A stretch of 41,940 bases of DNA from Candidatus Staskawiczbacteria bacterium (GTDB taxonomy: Bacteria > Patescibacteriota > Minisyncoccia > Minisyncoccales > Staskawiczbacteraceae). Below the pieces are notes generated by a model. That model was not told where the DNA came from. It saw only the letters and a list, made by a program, of their open reading frames with translations, and made no database searches. A program made the translations under genes and the position numbers. Position 1 is the stretch's first letter; every line of letters begins with the position of its first letter. Of this stretch, positions 8,265 to 17,296 are shown piece after piece. The DNA is taken from positions 1 to 41,940 of the forward strand of contig CAIKWD010000029.1 in NCBI GenBank assembly GCA_903831095.1, given 5' to 3'.

Positions 8265-9242
8265 TTAGGCTAAGCCCATTTTTTGGCGGACTTCCTGCAT
8301 TGTTGTTTCTGCTATTGTCTTTGCTCTTGAAGCTCCCTTGTCTAAAATATCTTTTACATAAACGTCGCGGGTTTGAAGTTCTTTCTGCTTTCTACGGAAA
8401 GGCTCTAAATAATCAATTACAACTTTTGCCAAAGCTTTCTTAAAATCTCCATAACCTTTACCTTTAAATTCTTTTTCTATGTCTTGAGTTGTTCTGCCGG
8501 TTAGCAAACTGTAAATAGTCAAAAGGTTTGAGATGCCTGGTTTTTTAGTAACGTTATAAATTACTTCCTTACCAGAATCTGTTTCTGCAGACATAATTTT
8601 CTTCTGAATGTCTTCTGGAGAGTCAAAAAGAGAAATACAGCTTTTTGGGTCGTCAGACTTTGACATTTTCTTCTTAGGATCGGTCAAACTCATTATTTTA
8701 GCTCCAACCTTTGGCAAAATTGATTCTGGTTCTGGAAAAACTTGTCCGAATTTTTGGTTGAATTTTTTGGCAATTGTGCGGGCCAATTCCACATGCTGTT
8801 CTTGGTCTTTTCCAACCGGCACAGCTTGGGTTTTGTATAACAAAATGTCAGCAGCCATTAAAACAGGGTAGGCGAATAAGCCAGCATTTATATAGTCTTT
8901 GTGCTGTTTGGATTTTTCCTTGTACTGCGTCATACGGCCCAGTTCACCCATTGGGGTTATGGTTTCCAAAAGCCAAGCCAGTTCGGCATGTTCTTTAACT
9001 GCAGACTGCACAAAAATTACTGACTTGTCTGGGTTTATTCCAGCTGCCAAATAAACTGCTGTAGTTTCTAAAATATTTTTTTGTAGTTCTTTTGGGTCGT
9101 ATGGTGTGGTAATGGCGTGCAAATCGACTATGCAGAAAACGCATTCGTTGCTTTCTTGCATGGCAATCCATTGCTTTATAGCTCCTAAATAATTTCCTAT
9201 ATGAAGGCCTCCTGTTGGCCTTATTCCTGAAAATATTCGCAT
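8265..9242 (-). CDS. trpS: Tryptophan--tRNA ligase
   Basis: SGIRPTG.LHIGNY, YPVLMAADIL, VPVGKDQ.QH, KMSKS. Confidence 0.99.
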   Translation of the reverse strand: MRIFSGIRPTGGLHIGNYLGAIKQWIAMQESNECVFCIVDLHAITTPYDPKELQKNILETTAVYLAAGINPDKSVIFVQSAVKEHAELAWLLETITPMGELGRMTQYKEKSKQHKDYINAGLFAYPVLMAADILLYKTQAVPVGKDQEQHVELARTIAKKFNQKFGQVFPEPESILPKVGAKIMSLTDPKKKMSKSDDPKSCISLFDSPEDIQKKIMSAETDSGKEVIYNVTKKPGISNLLTIYSLLTGRTTQDIEKEFKGKGYGDFKKALAKVVIDYLEPFRRKQKELQTRDVYVKDILDKGASRAKTIAETTMQEVRQKMGLA

Positions 9243-9250
9243 GTTTAGTC

Positions 9251-9356
9251 GCTCGATAACAAGTTTTCTGCTAACGCTCGTGTCCCCGCAATACGGGGAA
9301 ACTCGCTTCGACTGGCACTTCGTGTCCAGTAATACGCTGAAAACTTATTATCTCGC
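9251..9356. repeat. ~106-bp palindromic element (GCTCG...CTCGC family)
   Basis: GCTCGATAACAAGTTTTC...GAAAACTTATTATCTCGC with inner hairpins CCCCG-caata-CGGGG and CAC-ttc-GTG. Confidence 0.75.
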
Positions 9357-9367
9357 TATTTAAATAT

Positions 9368-11182
9368 TTAAACTTCGATTACGACTGGTAAAATCATTGG
9401 GCGTCTTGAGGTTTTGGTTGCCAAGAAGTCGCCAATTTTGTTACGTATTTCATCTTTGACATATGTCCAGTTTACTGGGCCTCCATGTCCGGCTGTTTTA
9501 TCTACAATCTCTATTACTTTCTTTCTGGTTAGTGATAACAAATCTTTAGATTCTCGTAGATAAATAAATCCGCGGGAAATAATGTCTGGAGAACCTTTCA
9601 CTTGGCCAGTTCTCTTGTCTATTACTGTGACAATAACAAACATTCCATCTTCGGCTAACATTTGTCTGTCTCGCAAAACAATTTCTCCGACGTCGCCAAC
9701 TCCTAGTCCATCAACAAAAACATAATTTGTAGGAACCTTGTTTTTCAGGATTTCAGCTCCAATATTGGTAAATTTAATTACAGATCCGTTGTCTGGAACA
9801 AATATTTTATCTTTTCTAAATCCAATTCCTTGAGCAATTTTTGCTCCTTCTTTTAAGAAGTAGTGGTTGGCATAAACTGGGATAAAATAGTCAGGCCTTA
9901 TTTCTCTTAGCATTTCCTTTATTCCTTCTATATTACTGTGTCCTGAAATGTGAACATCTATAATGTCTGAATGGTAAACGTTGTCTGATTGCCTGTAAAG
10001 ATTGTCTTTTACTCTTTGTACTGTGCGTTCGTTTCCCGGAATAACTGAGGAAGAAAATATAACCGTGTCTTCTTTTTTAATTTTTACAAACCTATGATTT
10101 CCAGCTACAATTCTTGAAAGAGCTGCCATTTCCTCGCCTTGTCCGCCAGTACAAACTATAATAACTTTGTTGTCTGGGTAAGTGTGAGCTTTGTCTGTGG
10201 TAATTATAACTCCCTTTGGAATTTTAACATAACCTAATTTAGTGGCTAACTCTATATTTAGTTTCATTGAGAAACCATCAAGTGCAACTTTTTTATTGTT
10301 TTGCGTTGCAAATTCAAGTATTTGTCTAATTCTGGTAATTTGCGAAGAAAAAGTTGTTATAATCACTCTTCCTGGAGCTTTTGTTATTAAGGTGTAAAGG
10401 TTATTTAACATTTCCTCCTCGGTAACTGGTTCTTTTGTGACTGTAGCTCCCAAAGATTCCAACATTAAAATGGTTGGCCTTTTTAAGTTTGCCAATTGGC
10501 TATAATTAATAGCTTTTCTACCAACAGGATCTTTTTCTATAGTCCAATCTCCTGGGTGAATTACTGTAGCTGAAGGAGTTTCTAAAATTACTCCCATTGC
10601 GTCCATAATTGCGTGGTCAACTTGAAAGAAAGACAAGGTAAAAGCTCCAAGACTTATTTTTTCTGCCATGTCTTTTATATAAAGAGTCTTTAACTTTTTT
10701 GAAGCTCCATGGTACAAATCTTCAACTCGGTGTTTTACCATTTCTAAAGTCAAAGGTCTGCCAATGATTTGTGGGTTGCCCAATTGATTTAAAAGTATTG
10801 GGGCAGCTCCTATATGGTCTAAGTGACCATGGGAAAATATAACTCCACGGATATTTTTTTCTTTTCCTTTTAAGTATTCTACATTTGGAATTACATAATC
10901 TATTCCTGGCATGTCTTCTTCGGGGAATTGTAATCCCATGTCTAGAATTACAATGTCTTGGCCATATTCAAAGACAGTCATGTTTCTTCCGACTTCTTCG
11001 CAACCTCCAAGAGGTATTATTTTTAATGTGTTATCCGGTCGCCAAATTGTTGGCGCAGGATTTGTTTCGTGCCAGGTTTTAATTGGCGATTGTCCTTCTT
11101 TTCTAGGCGCTCGGTTAAATTTAACCTCTGGCCTTGAGTTGAAGGGTTTCTTGGCAGTGGCCAAGTTCTTCTGTTCTATCAT
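9368..11182 (-). CDS. rnj: Ribonuclease J
   Basis: IIPLGGCEEVGRNM, HGHLDHIG, IPGNE, HISGH, VFVDGLGVGDVG, RRPMILPVVIEV. Confidence 0.97.
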   Translation of the reverse strand: MIEQKNLATAKKPFNSRPEVKFNRAPRKEGQSPIKTWHETNPAPTIWRPDNTLKIIPLGGCEEVGRNMTVFEYGQDIVILDMGLQFPEEDMPGIDYVIPNVEYLKGKEKNIRGVIFSHGHLDHIGAAPILLNQLGNPQIIGRPLTLEMVKHRVEDLYHGASKKLKTLYIKDMAEKISLGAFTLSFFQVDHAIMDAMGVILETPSATVIHPGDWTIEKDPVGRKAINYSQLANLKRPTILMLESLGATVTKEPVTEEEMLNNLYTLITKAPGRVIITTFSSQITRIRQILEFATQNNKKVALDGFSMKLNIELATKLGYVKIPKGVIITTDKAHTYPDNKVIIVCTGGQGEEMAALSRIVAGNHRFVKIKKEDTVIFSSSVIPGNERTVQRVKDNLYRQSDNVYHSDIIDVHISGHSNIEGIKEMLREIRPDYFIPVYANHYFLKEGAKIAQGIGFRKDKIFVPDNGSVIKFTNIGAEILKNKVPTNYVFVDGLGVGDVGEIVLRDRQMLAEDGMFVIVTVIDKRTGQVKGSPDIISRGFIYLRESKDLLSLTRKKVIEIVDKTAGHGGPVNWTYVKDEIRNKIGDFLATKTSRRPMILPVVIEV

Positions 11183-11240
11183 ATTTTTATTTTTGGGTCG
11201 TTTATTAAATTTGACCCGTTTATTTTTTAGTTTATTTTTG

Positions 11241-11322
11241 TGCCGCGGGAGGGAGTCGAACCCTCAACCCTTGCGGGATGCGCTTCTGAGACGCACGCGT
11301 ATTCCAGTTCCGCCACCGCGAC
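11241..11322 (-). tRNA. tRNA-Leu(CAG), CCA not encoded
   Basis: GTCGCGG acceptor stem, anticodon loop CT-CAG-AA, variable arm CCCGCAAGGG, GGTTCGACTCC T-arm. Confidence 0.97.
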
Positions 11323-11325
11323 TTA

Positions 11326-11919
11326 TTATCCTACTTTTAGAAATTCCAAATCTTGGGGAATTTCTTTTAGAGATTCTTCAAATCTTAACTCTGGAATATT
11401 TTTATAATTTTCGTTTTTAGCCCATCCTTGTTTTAAGTAGTAATAGCATCCTCCTTGTAATTTTTCATAAAGAGAGTAATCACTCTTGCAGTTATCGGAA
11501 ATCCAATTGGCCATTTTTAATTCTTCAGTTTCTGAAGGGTTTATTGTAATATGTCCATAAAATGGAGGCATTATTGCACATTCTCCTTTTTTAACCTCTA
11601 CAGCATAAACGTCTTCAATTTCACCAGCATCATTTCTTTTTTGTAATAAATAAATGGCAGTTCCTTCTAAAACCATATAAATTTCTGGATAAGCGCCAAT
11701 GTGGTAATGTCCTTTTGTTTTATTAAACTCGTTGCCAATAATTTTTGCTGGCACAACTGTCACATCATATCGCAATTCGCCTTTTTTTTCTAAAGCTCTA
11801 TACATGAAATACAAGTCCAAATCAGGAGAATCTTTTGCAAAATCTTTGTCAGCTAAAACTTCGCGCATATCATTTAAATGGCGGACATCTGGTGTAAGTT
11901 TTGTTAAATCTATTTCCAT
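11326..11919 (-). CDS. Cupin-type (archaeal-type) glucose-6-phosphate isomerase
   Basis: LRYDVTV, EFNKTKGHYH, YPEIY.VLEG, PPFYGHITIN; ATG at 11919 preferred over the overlapping upstream start. Confidence 0.88.
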   Translation of the reverse strand: MEIDLTKLTPDVRHLNDMREVLADKDFAKDSPDLDLYFMYRALEKKGELRYDVTVVPAKIIGNEFNKTKGHYHIGAYPEIYMVLEGTAIYLLQKRNDAGEIEDVYAVEVKKGECAIMPPFYGHITINPSETEELKMANWISDNCKSDYSLYEKLQGGCYYYLKQGWAKNENYKNIPELRFEESLKEIPQDLEFLKVG

Positions 11920-13919
11920 ATTCTTTTTGTATTTATATACCAATTATTTATATTCTCAAATCTTTTTGCAGGGTCGACAATTTTTGTTGTATCCATGCCC
12001 TTAACTTTTTTTGAAACCCAATACAAATAGTCTGGATTGTACAGGAATAGGGCAGGGGCGTCTGTAAGTATTGTATTCTGCAGTTTGGCGTAATCTTTGT
12101 CTTTCAAACTTTCATCCAAGGTTTCTCTTCCATCTTTAAGCAATTGGTCGGCATTTTTATCCTGGTATGCTGAAAGATTCAATCCTGGATCATTTACCTG
12201 TGTAGAGTGCCAGAAAGGATACAAGTCGGGCAAGCTTCCCAAAGCTTCTCCATAAAGCAAGGCATCATAATTCCTATTTTTAATAATATTTTTCAACTCG
12301 GAAAGTTCTACGGCTTTTACCTGTACAGTTACTCCAACTTTTTGCCAATCATCTTTCAAAATGTTTGCCGTTGCAACAAGTTGTGGCTGGTTTATTGTAG
12401 TCAAAGTAAATTGCAAGGGGATTGAATTGTTTTGAGGAGTCAAACATTGCGCGTTTAATTCTTTTCTTGTGCCAGTGCCAACTTCGCCAGTGCTTGTGGT
12501 ATCGGGTAAATATTTCTTTTGAAAAGCAGTAATTGCATCGCTTGTGCCTTTTCCGTATTTTCCACTAGTTTCTCCTTCCAAAAGGGTTTTAAAGCTTAAG
12601 TCTAATCTCGCCAAACATCCTTGAAGCTCTGTAACTTCCGTTCCTTTAGACCCAATTTTCAAATAGCTTTTAAACTGGAAAGCCGGTTTTTTGTTGTTTA
12701 CTTTTGCCCTTGTAGCTCCAGGAGTAGTATTTTTATATCCTGATTTGTCCAAAAGTTTGTTCGCTGTGTCTGTATTGAAATTATATGTAATTGCTGGCTC
12801 TGAATAGCCAAAATAATCTGGCAAAATTGGAGAATTAACAATAGAAATTTTTTCCTTGAACTGGTCTTTTATTTTTTTCATTAATTCTGGTTTATTTACA
12901 GAATAATTCAAGGCTTGGGTTATACTGATGTCAGATAAAATTTTAGAGTTTTGAGTATTGAAGAAAACTGCAAAATATCTTGGAAGAGAAAGCGAGTAAA
13001 TGCCAAACCTATCGTTTGGATTCCACCCCTGATTTATTTGTTTTTCAGCTAGAGCTTCATTTCCGTTTATATCGGAAACTGAAAACCCATCTATTGCTTT
13101 TTGGTTGGCTGCGCTTATTAGTTCCTCTTTGTTGCTGAAAAAATTGAAATCAATTTCCGAAATATATGGAAGTTTTCCATAATATTTATTATTAGTTTTT
13201 AGTATTAAATTTTTTATAAAACTATTGTTGTTTTCTTGTATTTCAGAAAGTATGTAGGGACCAGATCCAATTGGTTGTAAATTATATGAAGACAAAGCAA
13301 AATTTTCCGGCAAAACCTTTTCCCAAACATGTTGTGGAATTATTTTAATAGTGCAGTTTTCTAGAAAAGAATTATAAGAAGAATTTATTAAAAAAGAGAA
13401 TGACGTGCTAGATATTTTTTTTACGTCTACATCCAGCCAGTTTGCCCTTAAAGGGCTTTTATAATCTGAATTTTGGATTGTTTTAATTGTGTATATTACG
13501 TCGTCAGTTGTTAAAGGCTTTCCATCTTGCCAGTAAAGCTTGTCTTTTAACTGAAATGTATAAATTTTGCCGTTGTCAGAAATTTGGTAGCTTTTTACTA
13601 AGTCATTTGTTATTTTTCCATTTTTGTCATAAGTCATAAGTCCAGAATAGGTCAAATCTATCAATGTCCTATCAACATCGTTTGTTTCTCCATATATTGG
13701 ATTGATAAATCTTGGCTGTCCTATTACTCCTTCAGTATATGTCCCACTATAAGCTGGTACTATTTTAGTGTTTGTTATATAAAAATTAATCGCAAGGTAT
13801 GTTGCACAGACAAAAGTTAACAAAATTAGAACCAAGAAAATAGTTCTTTCGGTTCCTTTGAGTATCTTAAAAAGTTGTTTCCATTGAGAAAACTTGGGAA
13901 ATTTCGAATTCATGAGCAA
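11910..13919 (-). CDS. ABC transporter family-5 (OppA/DppA-like) substrate-binding protein with inserted PG-binding domain
   Basis: N-terminal TM anchor, EGVIGQPRFINP, SDNGKIYTF.L...WQDG.PLT.DDV.YT, PIGSGPY, FWHS; internal LKIGSKG.EV.ELQ..L...G.YG..T..AI.AFQ. Confidence 0.92.
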   Translation of the reverse strand: MLMNSKFPKFSQWKQLFKILKGTERTIFLVLILLTFVCATYLAINFYITNTKIVPAYSGTYTEGVIGQPRFINPIYGETNDVDRTLIDLTYSGLMTYDKNGKITNDLVKSYQISDNGKIYTFQLKDKLYWQDGKPLTTDDVIYTIKTIQNSDYKSPLRANWLDVDVKKISSTSFSFLINSSYNSFLENCTIKIIPQHVWEKVLPENFALSSYNLQPIGSGPYILSEIQENNNSFIKNLILKTNNKYYGKLPYISEIDFNFFSNKEELISAANQKAIDGFSVSDINGNEALAEKQINQGWNPNDRFGIYSLSLPRYFAVFFNTQNSKILSDISITQALNYSVNKPELMKKIKDQFKEKISIVNSPILPDYFGYSEPAITYNFNTDTANKLLDKSGYKNTTPGATRAKVNNKKPAFQFKSYLKIGSKGTEVTELQGCLARLDLSFKTLLEGETSGKYGKGTSDAITAFQKKYLPDTTSTGEVGTGTRKELNAQCLTPQNNSIPLQFTLTTINQPQLVATANILKDDWQKVGVTVQVKAVELSELKNIIKNRNYDALLYGEALGSLPDLYPFWHSTQVNDPGLNLSAYQDKNADQLLKDGRETLDESLKDKDYAKLQNTILTDAPALFLYNPDYLYWVSKKVKGMDTTKIVDPAKRFENINNWYINTKRIWK

Positions 13920-13929
13920 CGATGCAATT

Positions 13930-14151
13930 TTATTTAAGGACCAATATGTTTAATACGCCCAAAATCAGGAAAATGGTTGTTGCAACAATTGTGGCGTAAT
14001 AAATTTTCTTTTGAGCTCCTCTTTTAGTTGAGTAGATTTCTCCGCCTCCGCCAAAACCAGCTCCTAAAGCAGCTCCTCTTTGCTGTATTGAGATAAGTAT
14101 TATCATTAATACAGATACGACCAATTGCGAATAAAATAAAATTTGATTCAT
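13930..14151 (-). CDS. secG: Preprotein translocase subunit SecG
   Basis: Two TMs around IQQRGAALGAGFGG...TKRG. Confidence 0.92.
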   Translation of the reverse strand: MNQILFYSQLVVSVLMIILISIQQRGAALGAGFGGGGEIYSTKRGAQKKIYYATIVATTIFLILGVLNILVLK

Positions 14152-14161
14152 ACTAGTGTGA

Positions 14162-14554
14162 TTAATTTTTATGATTTGTTAAAAAAAAGTCTAAAATAAT
14201 GTTTAATCCCCAAATAATCAATGTTGTGTAAAGCAATGGAAGAAATAAGGGAGCATATAGTTCATCAAACATTACATCTAATAGCCAGATTAGCCCCATA
14301 TTTATGACAATAGTGAAAAGTCCAAGAGTTAGAAGTTCCAACGGCAAAGCCAAGGTTTTTAAAAGTGGTTTTAAAAAATAATTTAGCAATCCTAAGACAA
14401 TTCCTAAAACCAAAATAACCTCCCATTGAGCTGTTAGGGGAATTCCGAAAAAGTTTGAATTTGGATATGCCCGGATTATTATTCCTGGCACAAACCATGC
14501 TGCCAGCCACAAACCTAATGAGGCTGTAATAACTTGAGAGAGTAATCTCTTCAT
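14162..14554 (-). CDS. 4-TM phage-holin-like (YvlD-type) membrane protein
   Basis: LGLLNYFLKPLLK.LALPL.LLTLGLF..VIN motif; ATG at 14554. Confidence 0.85.
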   Translation of the reverse strand: MKRLLSQVITASLGLWLAAWFVPGIIIRAYPNSNFFGIPLTAQWEVILVLGIVLGLLNYFLKPLLKTLALPLELLTLGLFTIVINMGLIWLLDVMFDELYAPLFLPLLYTTLIIWGLNIILDFFLTNHKN

Positions 14555-14594
14555 CTTCAATTATATTAGCATATTTTGAGTCAAAAAGCAACAA

Positions 14595-15869
14595 CTATTT
14601 GAGTAAATCTTTCTTTCTTAACTTTTTGTGGTAGGCAATGGCAAAGCGGTGAGCTTCATCATCTAATTGTAAAATTAAGCTGTAAATTTCCCGGGGCAGA
14701 GACTTTAACGGTATAAAATTATTTCGTCCTTCTATATATAGGTCTTTATTGCGCTTAGCTAAAGAAAATATTTTTATTACTTTAGATTTTAAATTTCCAT
14801 CCTTTGTTTTTATGGCAATATTAAGTTGAGCAATGCCTCCATCTATCAGCATAATTTCTGGGTATGACCATTCTGGGTGTAACAGTCTTCTACTAATGGT
14901 TTCTTCCAACATGGCTATGTCATTTGGTTTTCCCTCTATTTTAATGTGAAATTTGCGGTACAAATTTTTGTCTGGTTTGCCATTTATAAAAACAACCATT
15001 GATCCTGTGGCTGATTTCCCTTGTATATTGGAAACATCATAACATTCAATTCGTGATATTTTTTTATCTAATCCAGCTAAACCCCGCAGTATTTTGTTGG
15101 TCTTTTCCCAGTTGTCATTATCTCCCATATTAGATGGCTCAATTACTCCTGAATGCGACATAACTTGTTGCAAGTTTGAGATTCGGTCGCGTATAATTAC
15201 CGCTTCTTCAAATTTTTTCTCTGCAGAAAGAGCTTTCATTTCTTTTCTAAGCAAATTCAACACTGCTTTGCTCTTTCCCTTAAGTATCAAAATAAGTTTC
15301 TTGATATTTTTTTTATATTCTTTCAAATCTGGGTTTGGTCCAGGGCAAAGTCCAAGGTGGCAATAAGTGCATTTGTTTTTTGAATGTTTGCGCACGCTGT
15401 AGTAGGGGAATACTCTTCTTAAATATCTGAGTGTCATTTTTAAGGCGTTTCCTTCTACAAAAGGGCCAATATATTCTGCGTTTTCCGTTTTTTGATGGGT
15501 TATATAAACAAATGGAGCTTCGCTTTTGGAAACTGCTACATAAAAATAATTTTTGTCGTCTCGCCAAACCACATTAAACCTTGGCTGGTATTTTTTTATA
15601 AGGTTTGCTTCAGTAATCAGCGCTTCTATTTCTGAGTTGGTTTCAAAATATCCAATTTCGCCAACTTTATCTATGTATAAGTAGTCGCGGTAGCTTGGCT
15701 GATTGAAGTGGTTTTTAACCCGGCTTTGGATGTTTATGGCCTTTCCTATATATATGCACTCTGAATTTTTAATTTTTAATTTTAAATTTTTAGTAAAAAA
15801 AGCATATACCCCAGCTTTTTTGGGGAGATTATTTATTTCAGATTTTGGAAGTATCTTAAACCTATCCAT
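14595..15869 (-). CDS. uvrC: Excinuclease UvrC-like, short form lacking the C-terminal HhH domain
   Basis: LPKKAGVY...IYIGKA..I.SRV..HF, EALI.EA.LIK, FEEA...RD, RIECYDVSNIQG, LIDGG..QL, DEAHRFA. Confidence 0.93.
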   Translation of the reverse strand: MDRFKILPKSEINNLPKKAGVYAFFTKNLKLKIKNSECIYIGKAINIQSRVKNHFNQPSYRDYLYIDKVGEIGYFETNSEIEALITEANLIKKYQPRFNVVWRDDKNYFYVAVSKSEAPFVYITHQKTENAEYIGPFVEGNALKMTLRYLRRVFPYYSVRKHSKNKCTYCHLGLCPGPNPDLKEYKKNIKKLILILKGKSKAVLNLLRKEMKALSAEKKFEEAVIIRDRISNLQQVMSHSGVIEPSNMGDNDNWEKTNKILRGLAGLDKKISRIECYDVSNIQGKSATGSMVVFINGKPDKNLYRKFHIKIEGKPNDIAMLEETISRRLLHPEWSYPEIMLIDGGIAQLNIAIKTKDGNLKSKVIKIFSLAKRNKDLYIEGRNNFIPLKSLPREIYSLILQLDDEAHRFAIAYHKKLRKKDLLK

Positions 15870-15905
15870 AAAAATATAGTACAACAAAACAAGTTAATTT
15901 AAAAG

Positions 15906-15914
15906 TTATCCACA
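15906..15914 (+). promoter_or_regulatory. Perfect DnaA box in divergent intergenic region
   Basis: TTATCCACA. Confidence 0.5.
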
Positions 15915-15985
15915 ATTAAGATTTAATTAACTCTTACTTTAATTTACCAAAAGAGTATAATTAAATAATTTATAATATTTAAAAA

Positions 15986-16528
15986 ATGAAAAATAAAAAA
16001 AGTGTCTCGACTTTAGTTGGCATTATTATAATAATTGCAGTTGTTTTTGTATTTTTTGGGGGTGTTTTGGCATATCAAAATTATGCAAAACAAACAATAA
16101 ACAACTTGCCACAGATTGCAAATAATAACCCTCCAAGCCAACCGCCAGTAATTGTTGGGGGAGCATGTTCTTATTATTCAATTAGTGGCAGATGCAAAAT
16201 AGTTTCAATTGCTAAAACACAAGAATCTATTCAACAAAAATCAACAACAGGATATGAAGGGTTTGATGTTAAGTTTTCTTTTATTCCAGATTCCTCAATA
16301 ATTATTCCTGAAAGTGCCAAAAAAATATTGGCATCTCAAAAATCTCCATATTCTTTGCGCCTTACAAATTCGTGGTACCCTGGCCAACTTTATTTGAATA
16401 AGTACAGCATAAAAGAAAACAGCATATTTGGTTGCCAGGAGATGGTAATTTCAAAAGGCACATGTACTCCTTTGTCTTTCAAATTCAGCAATGTAAATTT
16501 GTCAGATTATTTTGAAGTCAAAAATTAA
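15986..16528 (+). CDS. Hypothetical membrane-anchored exported protein
   Basis: Basic N-terminus, one TM, Pro/Asn linker, 4 Cys in the soluble domain. Confidence 0.8.
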   Translation: MKNKKSVSTLVGIIIIIAVVFVFFGGVLAYQNYAKQTINNLPQIANNNPPSQPPVIVGGACSYYSISGRCKIVSIAKTQESIQQKSTTGYEGFDVKFSFIPDSSIIIPESAKKILASQKSPYSLRLTNSWYPGQLYLNKYSIKENSIFGCQEMVISKGTCTPLSFKFSNVNLSDYFEVKN

Positions 16529-16548
16529 TTTATTTTTTTAAAATTACA

Positions 16549-16689
16549 ATGGTTTTACCAGCAGTTCAAGCTTCGCAGAATACAGATTTATTATCGAAAA
16601 GTTTTACGGTTGTTTTGATGGTTTCTATTATTGTATTAGTTTTGGCGATAATTTTTTTAATTAAAAATCATAAAAAATTAGACAAATGA
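16549..16689 (+). CDS. Small single-TM protein, 46 aa (not in ORF track)
   Basis: MVLPAVQASQNTDLLSKSFTVVLMVSIIVLVLAIIFLIKNHKKLDK; stop overlaps the pilin start (ATGA). Confidence 0.55.
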   Translation: MVLPAVQASQNTDLLSKSFTVVLMVSIIVLVLAIIFLIKNHKKLDK

Positions 16690-17270
16690 AAAAAACAAAA
16701 CAAAAAGGTTTTACAATTCTTGAATTGGTAGTTGCTATAGCAATCATAGGAATTCTATCAAGCATTGTCATAATTAATGTTGTCCAATATGAGCAAAAAG
16801 CCAAGGGTGCCTGGGTTATAGGGCAGATAAACCAAATACAGAAAGCCTTGGATATGTATAAAAATCAATATGGGTATTATCCACATCAAAAAGGAGTTGA
16901 TGGGGAAACCGGAATTGATGCCTGTGGTTGTACTATCGATGGGCATAGTGCATGTACAGATGGAACCTTTGTTGAGGCCTTGCAACCATTGGTAGATAAC
17001 GGATTTATCGGAAAAATAAAAGATTTTAGCGAAAGTATTGGAGAGTCATGCGGATCTACTACGTTAGATAAAACTCACTCTTCTTATGCTCCTTTTTTTG
17101 AATATCAAACAAAAGATAGTAGCGATACTTGTGGGGGAGAAATTATGGATTCTACTAACGCGCCTTACTACATACTTATTGGTTCGCCGTTTCCAATTAC
17201 TAATTTAAAAAGTGTAGGTATTGGCGATACTGTTTTGCAATATTATTATTGTGTTCCTGGGTCAAAATAA
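16686..17270 (+). CDS. Type IV pilin / GspG-like pseudopilin
   Basis: Prepilin cleavage motif KG|FTILELVVAIAIIGIL; IQKALDMY....G.YP; Cys-containing variable C-terminus. Confidence 0.92.
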   Translation: MKKTKQKGFTILELVVAIAIIGILSSIVIINVVQYEQKAKGAWVIGQINQIQKALDMYKNQYGYYPHQKGVDGETGIDACGCTIDGHSACTDGTFVEALQPLVDNGFIGKIKDFSESIGESCGSTTLDKTHSSYAPFFEYQTKDSSDTCGGEIMDSTNAPYYILIGSPFPITNLKSVGIGDTVLQYYYCVPGSK

Positions 17271-17296
17271 ATTATTAAACAAACTCAAATTTTTCT

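Noticed and set aside
10911-11420. 169-aa + strand ORF and the many other antisense or nested short ORFs in the track
   Set aside because: Shadows of well-supported genes or tRNA on the opposite strand or frame, with no recognisable motifs
14162-14554. Holin-like gene as evidence of a prophage
   Set aside because: This family is commonly chromosomal; neighbours are housekeeping genes and no phage genes are present
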